The position numbers and the translations under genes were made by a program. Of a stretch of DNA of 64,000 nt, positions 57,696 through 64,000 are shown piece after piece; positions within the stretch are counted from its first letter, which is position 1; each line of letters opens with the position of its first letter. The DNA is from Candidatus Altimarinota bacterium (GTDB lineage Bacteria; Patescibacteriota; Gracilibacteria; CAIRYL01): the NCBI GenBank assembly GCA_965250085.1, contig OZ252287.1:352001-416000 (forward strand), in the 5' to 3' direction. Under the pieces are notes generated by a model. It worked only from the letters and a program-made list of their open reading frames with translations, made no database searches and had not been told where the DNA came from.

Positions 57696-60332
57696 CTACT
57701 TACTACTTATTGCCTTCTCCACCACTTTTCTAATTTTTTGAAATTCCTCGAGGTTCACCTTTGCCCCCTGTGCAAATTGATCTCCTCCTCCTCCATTTCC
57801 TCCAGCAAAGGAGGTGATTTTTTGAAGAATATCTTTCGCAGAGATCCCTTTTTTGGTTGCTATTGCCACACTTCCATCACGAGTAAACATAGCAGCAACA
57901 TCAATACCGCGGTTCAAAAGTTCTCGAGCAATGGCTCCTACCCTTTTAGCATCCCCTGTTGGAATCGGTTCACAGACCACTTTTTTCTTTTTGATTTCTT
58001 TTTGAAGCGCAAAAAATTCATCGGTCTCATATCTCACCAATTTTTGTTCGGCTTGAGATGCTTTATTTTCGAGTTCTTTTCTTTCTTTGAGAAGAGATCC
58101 AACTCGATCTTCCAGTTTGTCCGGATTTGTTTTGAGACGATCAGAAACTCTGTGCAGAGCATCATTCTGACCCCAGAGCATCTTTTGAGATGTTTCCGCA
58201 CAGATGAGCTCCATGCGCCGAATCCCACTAGCAACGCTGGATTCACTCAAAATTGTAATCGCTCCTATTTCAGCAGTATTGTTCACATGAGTTCCTCCAC
58301 AGAGTTCAAAACTTTCTCCCATATGAATCGTTCTCACCTTCTCCCCATACTTTTCTGAAAAGAGAGCAATAGCGCCCTTTTTCTTTGCCTGGGCAAGTGA
58401 CATTTCTACTATCTCCACGTCATCTGCCGCCGTAACAGAGTCCATAATGCGCTGTTCAATATTACGAAGTTCTTCAGGTTTGACTGAACGAGGATGAGAA
58501 AAGTCAAAGCGAGTACGATCTTCTGTCACCAGTGATCCTTGCTGCTCCACATGATCACCAAGAATTTCTCTAAGAGCCAATTGTAACAGGTGTGCCAGAG
58601 AATGATGCCGCCTGATTTGTTCACGCCTTGAAGCATTGATTTCAACTTCAACAGTGTCTCCCTCTTTAAACTCAATACCTCCTTGAACTATGCCAGTGTG
58701 CACAAAAACCCCATTATCTAATTTTCTTACACCTGTCACTTCAATCCATCCTTCTTTGGATGTGATTCTATTTTTCACCAAACCTGTATCACTCACTTGT
58801 CCTCCTGATTCAGCATAGAATGGTGTCTTATCAAGAGCAAAATTTACAAAATCTGACTCTACTACAATTTTCCAAGAAATAATTTTGGCTTTTATTGGTT
58901 TTTTATAATTGTCATAGCCAACAAATTTGGTGGGCTTAAGAGATGAAAATTGTTCCCAGCCTAAGGCTCTTCGATCAAAGAATTCCCCCTTTGCTCCTCG
59001 CGAACGCTCTTTTTGTTTTTTCATTTCTGCTTCAAATCCTTTTTCGTCTACTTGTATCCCCTGTTCTCCAGCGATATCTTTGGTCAGATCAAGTGGAAAT
59101 CCATAGGTGTCAAAGAGAGTGAAGGCATTTTCTCCAGAAATCTTTCTGGGATTTTTGGCAAGAATTTCTTCAAGAATTTTTTCTCCCCGATCAAGTGTCT
59201 CCAGAAATTTTTCTTCTTCAATTGTAAGGGTGGAAAGAATCACCTCTTGTCTCGATTTGAGCTCTGGATAAAATTCTGAAAATGCGATGATGTGAGCTTT
59301 GGCAATTTCGCTGAGAAATGGCTTCTCAATGCCGAGCTTGCGACCAAATCTCACCGCACGACGTACCAGTCGGCGCAAAACATATCCGCGTCCTTCATTG
59401 GATGGCACTCCCCCATCGGCAGTGATATGCGTGGCTGATTTGGTATGATCTGCAATGACTCTCATGGCTCTCGTGATCTCATTTGCCTCGTCTGTATTTC
59501 CTCCATATGGTGGATATTTTTTGCCGGAAATCTTTTCGGTTTCTTTGATGACGGATGCAAAGGCATCTGTTTCAAACACAGTGGGATGACCATTCATCAC
59601 CATCACCATGCGCTCGAGTCCCATTCCTGTGTCTACATTGTTTTGAGAAAGTTTTGTGAGCTTTCCATCTTCGCTCTGGTGGTATTCCATAAAGACATCG
59701 TTCCAGACTTCGATGAAGTTTTGTTCATCTGTTGCAGGTGTTTGATTCCTTTTTGGCGGTTGTTTTCCAATATACACAAACATTTCAGAAGAAGGTCCGC
59801 ATGGTCCGGTTGATCCCGCTGGACCCCAAAAATTGTCTCCACGGCTTTTTCTGTTTCCTTTTTTTGGGCCCACGGGGATAATTTTTTCTTTCGGAATACC
59901 AACAGATTGCCATATTTCTACGCTTTCACTATCAAGTTTAATATCTTTGTCTCCGCCAAAAACGGTGATCCAGATTTTTTTGGGATCAATCTTGAGATGT
60001 TTGGTAAGGAATTCATAACTCATCTCTATCGCTTCTTTTTTGAAATAATCCCCCAGTGACCAGTTTCCCAGCATTTCAAAATAGGTGAGATGTCTATTGT
60101 CTCCCACTTCCTCTATATCCACGGTACGTACACATTTCTGCACACTGCAGAGTTTTTTGCCATTTGGATGCTTCTTTCCCATCAGGTATGGCACAAACTG
60201 CTGCATCCCTGCGGTGGTAAACAGCACTGTAGGATCATCTTTTGGCACCAATGAGTCACTGGAAATTAATTTGTGCTTTCTCTCAACAAAAAAATCCAAG
60301 AACTGTTTCCGAATTTCACGCGTAGAAACCAT
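57696..60332 (-). CDS. alaS: Alanine-tRNA ligase
   Basis: DPTVLFTTAGM, HLTYFEMLGNWS, DTGMGLER, GRGYVLRR, HHSLAHLL, ELCGGTH. Confidence 0.98.
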   Translation of the reverse strand: MVSTREIRKQFLDFFVERKHKLISSDSLVPKDDPTVLFTTAGMQQFVPYLMGKKHPNGKKLCSVQKCVRTVDIEEVGDNRHLTYFEMLGNWSLGDYFKKEAIEMSYEFLTKHLKIDPKKIWITVFGGDKDIKLDSESVEIWQSVGIPKEKIIPVGPKKGNRKSRGDNFWGPAGSTGPCGPSSEMFVYIGKQPPKRNQTPATDEQNFIEVWNDVFMEYHQSEDGKLTKLSQNNVDTGMGLERMVMVMNGHPTVFETDAFASVIKETEKISGKKYPPYGGNTDEANEITRAMRVIADHTKSATHITADGGVPSNEGRGYVLRRLVRRAVRFGRKLGIEKPFLSEIAKAHIIAFSEFYPELKSRQEVILSTLTIEEEKFLETLDRGEKILEEILAKNPRKISGENAFTLFDTYGFPLDLTKDIAGEQGIQVDEKGFEAEMKKQKERSRGAKGEFFDRRALGWEQFSSLKPTKFVGYDNYKKPIKAKIISWKIVVESDFVNFALDKTPFYAESGGQVSDTGLVKNRITSKEGWIEVTGVRKLDNGVFVHTGIVQGGIEFKEGDTVEVEINASRREQIRRHHSLAHLLQLALREILGDHVEQQGSLVTEDRTRFDFSHPRSVKPEELRNIEQRIMDSVTAADDVEIVEMSLAQAKKKGAIALFSEKYGEKVRTIHMGESFELCGGTHVNNTAEIGAITILSESSVASGIRRMELICAETSQKMLWGQNDALHRVSDRLKTNPDKLEDRVGSLLKERKELENKASQAEQKLVRYETDEFFALQKEIKKKKVVCEPIPTGDAKRVGAIARELLNRGIDVAAMFTRDGSVAIATKKGISAKDILQKITSFAGGNGGGGDQFAQGAKVNLEEFQKIRKVVEKAISSK

Positions 60333-60397
60333 GCGATATATAGCAAAAACTCGCTTGGTACTATAACTGATTCTGTAGTCCAGATGAAATATAAAAA

Positions 60398-60817
60398 CTA
60401 ATTTTCCAGTTCACCCCCACTTGGAACAAACTCTTTTCCTTCGCGATGAAATATATCAATTTGATTACAAGCTTTTTGAAACGTAGTACGTTGTAAAAGA
60501 ATGTTGAGTGCTAGCGATGCCATAAGATTTTTTTCATCATTTGTAACATAATCTCTCAAGACGCTTACCAAAAGATACTTTCTTAGGTTGAAAAATTGGA
60601 CCTTATAAGTAGTTTCAAGTTCATCACCAGTCATGCCTGAATCTATAAGTACTCGAAATGATTCAACTAGTCTCTCAATAACATCCGCTCTGTCTTGATC
60701 AGCTTCTAGTCTTGCTTGATCAGCTTCTAGCCTTGCAATTTCCGGATCAGTAATACTGAGGTCTTCCGTGAGATCTTCTGCATCTATCCCATTTGAAAAT
60801 TCTTGAAGTCTCAACAT
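60398..60817 (-). CDS. Hypothetical protein with a 21-bp tandem duplication
   Basis: ARLEADQ x2 (60694-60735); TTGACT-17-TTTAAT upstream. Confidence 0.65.
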   Translation of the reverse strand: MLRLQEFSNGIDAEDLTEDLSITDPEIARLEADQARLEADQDRADVIERLVESFRVLIDSGMTGDELETTYKVQFFNLRKYLLVSVLRDYVTNDEKNLMASLALNILLQRTTFQKACNQIDIFHREGKEFVPSGGELEN

Positions 60818-60920
60818 AAAGCAAGAGGTTAAAAAATTAAGAATTCATTAAAGCAGTTTGTTTTTCTTAAGTCAATACAATTTTCTGGTACACTTTTCTT
60901 ACATTTTCTTTCTCAAAAGC

Positions 60921-61373
60921 ATGACACTCAAATCATTCCCCTCTTTCTCACTTCCTGGATACGATGAAGAGATATACACTAATAAAAGCTTCTTAAAAAA
61001 GAAGGTAGTATTTTACTTTTATCCCAAAGACGATACTTCAGGATGCACTATAGAAGCCAAGGAGTTCCGGGATCTGGCTCCAGAATTTAAAAAAGCGCAG
61101 ATTCAGATTGTTGGTATTTCACCAGATGATGGAGCGTCTCACTGCAGGTTCGTGGACAAATATGATCTCGATTTTCTTCTGCTTTCAGATCCAGAAAAAG
61201 GGCTAATGAAGACACTTGGCATCTGGGTGGAAAAAAATATGTATGGCAAAAAGTACTGGGGAGTCTCTCGCACCACATATGCTGTGAGTGAAGAAGGAAA
61301 AATCTTAAAAACTTGGAAAAAAGTAAAACCGGCAGGACATGCTGAGGAGGTGTTGGAATTTTTTGTGTCATGA
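60921..61373 (+). CDS. bcp: Peroxiredoxin BCP (start ATG 60921)
   Basis: YFYPKDDTSGCTIEA..F, GISPD..SH, LLSDP. Confidence 0.93.
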   Translation: MTLKSFPSFSLPGYDEEIYTNKSFLKKKVVFYFYPKDDTSGCTIEAKEFRDLAPEFKKAQIQIVGISPDDGASHCRFVDKYDLDFLLLSDPEKGLMKTLGIWVEKNMYGKKYWGVSRTTYAVSEEGKILKTWKKVKPAGHAEEVLEFFVS

Positions 61374-61446
61374 AAAATAAATCCCCCTTTTCAAGGGGGA
61401 AATTTTCTTTATTCCTCCCTTAATAAGGGAGGCTAGGTGGGTTTAT

Positions 61447-62577
61447 TCATACCACCACTCTCCGAATACTCTCACTGATATTCACCAGAATCTCATACGA
61501 AATCGTATTGGCCGCCTTAGCCATGTACTCAATAGAATGCGGAGCATTTTTTTCGATACCAATAACTTCTACCTCATCTCCAATACTGAGATCTGTGTTT
61601 TTCATATCAAAACACACCAGGTTCATATGAATTCTTCCGACTATAGGGAGGTTTGTATCTTTTGCTTTTACAAAACCGATATTGGAAAGACTTCGAGGGA
61701 GACCTTCATAATATCCCACAGGAAGAACTCCTATTTTCATAGCTTTTGGAGCGGTAAATATGCAGTTATACCCCACCTTGTCTCCTTCTTGAAGATAATT
61801 GGTATTTACCACAGTAGACATCAGCCTGAGAGCTGGTTTTACATCTTGGAGTTTTTCAGAAAGCTCATCTGTCGTCTGCAGAGGATTGTATCCATACAGA
61901 CCAATTCCCAGACGATATCCATTGATTCTTGGATCTTTGGTTTTGAGCGCTCCAGCGGTATTTGCCAGATGAATGTACTTGGGGAGAGATTTTCGCCCCT
62001 CCATGATGTCCAGGCACTCTGAAAACTTTTTCTCCTGCAAGGCAGTAAAGTCATTACTCTCCCCATCAGCATCGGCGAAGTGTGAGCACACTCCTTCCAA
62101 ATGTAAGTTTCTATATTTTTTGAGAGCATCCAGATATACATGAAGCTCCCCTGGCTGTATGCCTTGCCTATTGAGCCCCGTATTAATTTTGAGATGCACA
62201 CGAAATGGCTTTTTGGTTTTCCCTAACGCTTCAAAAGAGGCAAGGTCATACACCACAACAGATGTTTTATCAGTATCAAAGTATCTGTAGTTCTCTGAAG
62301 GATTGGGTCCGATCACGAGTACTTTTCTTTTTTTATCTCTTTTCCACACTTGAAGTGCCTCATAATAACTGTCAATAACAACAAATGGAGTCTCCGTGTC
62401 TTCTAAGATTGATATCATTTGAGCAATTCCATGACCGTATGCATTGGATTTGAGCACTGGAAAAAGGTGTTTCTGAGGAAGAAGGTTTTGAAATACTTTC
62501 ACGTTGTGAAGAATGTTTTTTTGCAGTATCTCTATTCGATTGAGCGTTTTGAGCCGGCGACGAAAAAGAGAGAGCAT
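61447..62577 (-). CDS. alr: Alanine racemase
   Basis: VLKSNAYGHG, HLKINTGLNRQG, SHFADAD, RLGIGLYG, VGYYEG, TISYEIL. Confidence 0.95.
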   Translation of the reverse strand: MLSLFRRRLKTLNRIEILQKNILHNVKVFQNLLPQKHLFPVLKSNAYGHGIAQMISILEDTETPFVVIDSYYEALQVWKRDKKRKVLVIGPNPSENYRYFDTDKTSVVVYDLASFEALGKTKKPFRVHLKINTGLNRQGIQPGELHVYLDALKKYRNLHLEGVCSHFADADGESNDFTALQEKKFSECLDIMEGRKSLPKYIHLANTAGALKTKDPRINGYRLGIGLYGYNPLQTTDELSEKLQDVKPALRLMSTVVNTNYLQEGDKVGYNCIFTAPKAMKIGVLPVGYYEGLPRSLSNIGFVKAKDTNLPIVGRIHMNLVCFDMKNTDLSIGDEVEVIGIEKNAPHSIEYMAKAANTISYEILVNISESIRRVVV

Positions 62578-62633
62578 AGAGTAAAAAAGTCTCTATCAGC
62601 TTACCATCCTATCCCCTGCAATCAAGATAGGGT

Positions 62634-63998
62634 TTATCTCTCAAGAATCTTTTTTAGAACATCTTCTACTTTTTCAGAAAGATTCTCTTCTGTTCCGCAG
62701 GAGATCCTTACGAGTCCGGAAGTAATGCCAACTTTTTGTCTTTCTTCTTCTGGCATCTCCGAATGAGTTGTTTCTGCTGGGATGGAATAATATGTCGTTG
62801 TCGCTCCCAGACTTACTGCTCCCTTTCCTACTCCTTCCCGAATCATAGTATTTATAAAACGATGCGCATCTTCTTGTGACGCGAAATAGAGAGAAACCAT
62901 TCCATTCAGGAGTTCATCCTTTGGAAAAGGTGTGCGAACATCTCTCATCTCTGCAAAGGTTGTACTATCTTCTATAAATCTGGTGAGAATGCCATTCTCC
63001 ATGGCTACACGTTTCACTTCTTTGGCGTTTTGGGTTGCCAGATATAGTCGTTCGGGCAAATCTTGCAGATTTTCAAGAAATCTTGATGCTGTGCGAGGCG
63101 CCATAACACCCCCTCCTACCATTCTTTCCCCTGTATGCAAATCACTAAATTGGTCAATAAGCTCTGATGTTCCAGAAACAGAACCTCCAAGATCTTCACT
63201 TCTTCCACCGATGTATTTGGTCATGGAGTGTATTGTAAAATTTATTCCCATTTCCGCAGGACAAATACTGATGGGGGTGAAGGTATTATCACAGATTGTT
63301 TTTGCTCCTACTCTTTGTGCTTCTTGCACAATGCTGGGAATATTCACAACCTTCAGGGTGGGATTATTGCAAGATTCAAAAAGAACCATACTTGTGTCAT
63401 CTGGAAGACCGTCTTTTTCAAATGTGCTTATCGGCAAGTGTTCAAATCTTCTTCCTGTTTGTTCGCAAGTTTTCATAAGTGCTGCATATGTTCCTCCATA
63501 TATACTTCCAACAACCACAATTTTGTCTCCGTCTATATATTTTTCATCGTCTCCTCCTCTTGAACCGTGTGTAAACTGGTAAATTGTGGCATTTATAGCT
63601 GCCATTCCGGATGCAAAAACTGCTGTTTTTTCAGTATGTTCCATTTGCGAAACAACCTTTTCCAAGAGCTGTATGGTTGGATTTGTCAGGCGACTGTATA
63701 TCCATACTTTTTCTAAGAGCTCTTCCAGGTCCGAATCTGTAATCTCCGATTCATCGAGCACCTCTGAAAACTGAGACCTTATAGTGGCAATTTGTTCTTG
63801 AATCAACGCTGGGTCCATTTTTTCCAATTCACCTCGAAAAGCAAGCTCCAGGCTCTCGGCATCGCCAAAAGCTTGCGTAGTATGGGCTTCTCCCAAGACG
63901 ACTGCTAGTGTATGATTTTTTCGAATAGCTTCTACAAGTTTTATTATCTCTAAATCGGTTGAGAGAGACTCGAAAGAAGAATTTGATGTTGCTGATTC
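62634..63998 (-). CDS. PLP-dependent Cys/Met metabolism enzyme (methionine gamma-lyase / cystathionine gamma-synthase-like); frame stays open to the window edge
   Basis: YSRLTNPT, FASGMAAI, YGGT, ESCNNP, DNTF, HSMTKYIGG, AVSLG, LVRISCG; no stop codon between 63896 and 64000. Confidence 0.88.
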   Translation of the reverse strand, partial: ESATSNSSFESLSTDLEIIKLVEAIRKNHTLAVVLGEAHTTQAFGDAESLELAFRGELEKMDPALIQEQIATIRSQFSEVLDESEITDSDLEELLEKVWIYSRLTNPTIQLLEKVVSQMEHTEKTAVFASGMAAINATIYQFTHGSRGGDDEKYIDGDKIVVVGSIYGGTYAALMKTCEQTGRRFEHLPISTFEKDGLPDDTSMVLFESCNNPTLKVVNIPSIVQEAQRVGAKTICDNTFTPISICPAEMGINFTIHSMTKYIGGRSEDLGGSVSGTSELIDQFSDLHTGERMVGGGVMAPRTASRFLENLQDLPERLYLATQNAKEVKRVAMENGILTRFIEDSTTFAEMRDVRTPFPKDELLNGMVSLYFASQEDAHRFINTMIREGVGKGAVSLGATTTYYSIPAETTHSEMPEEERQKVGITSGLVRISCGTEENLSEKVEDVLKKILER

Positions 63999-64000
63999 AA

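Noticed and set aside
1-64000. Genetic code 25 (TGA=Gly) as in Gracilibacteria/Absconditabacteria
   Set aside because: Core genes are full length in code 11 and several end properly at TGA (bcp, GT4, antiporter). Reading through the mutS TGA gives no further MutS sequence.

Overview
Bacterial chromosomal window read in standard code 11 (TGA acts as stop). It most likely comes from a Patescibacteria/CPR organism of the Peregrinibacteria type. That assignment is an inference from DUF2779, a long Cys-rich protein, sortase plus SLH/beta-propeller proteins, archaeal-type TpiA and a scarcity of obvious Shine-Dalgarno sites. Positions 1-10.7 kb are the right part of an integrated element at tRNA-Ile. 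It carries the end of a resolvase, a DUF2779 dual-nuclease protein, two small HTH-like genes, a type III restriction-modification pair, an unassigned PD-(D/E)XK nuclease and a large serine recombinase whose ORF runs into the tRNA 3' end. The rest is backbone (aroE, N-terminal-only mutS, sdaAB/AA, pdxST, fusA, aroD, rdgB, rfbB, priA, map, tpiA, tag, trxB, rseP, frr, pyrH, alaS, bcp, alr and four more tRNAs). It is interspersed with about a dozen orphan genes, many with their own sigma70-like promoters. The most striking unexplained structure is a set of at least five small repeat/hairpin families that insert into one another and in frame into priA and a sortase. A RAYT transposase also sits inside the tpiA-map operon. 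No CRISPR array, rRNA or reverse transcriptase was seen. All calls come from manual motif recognition, with no database searches.
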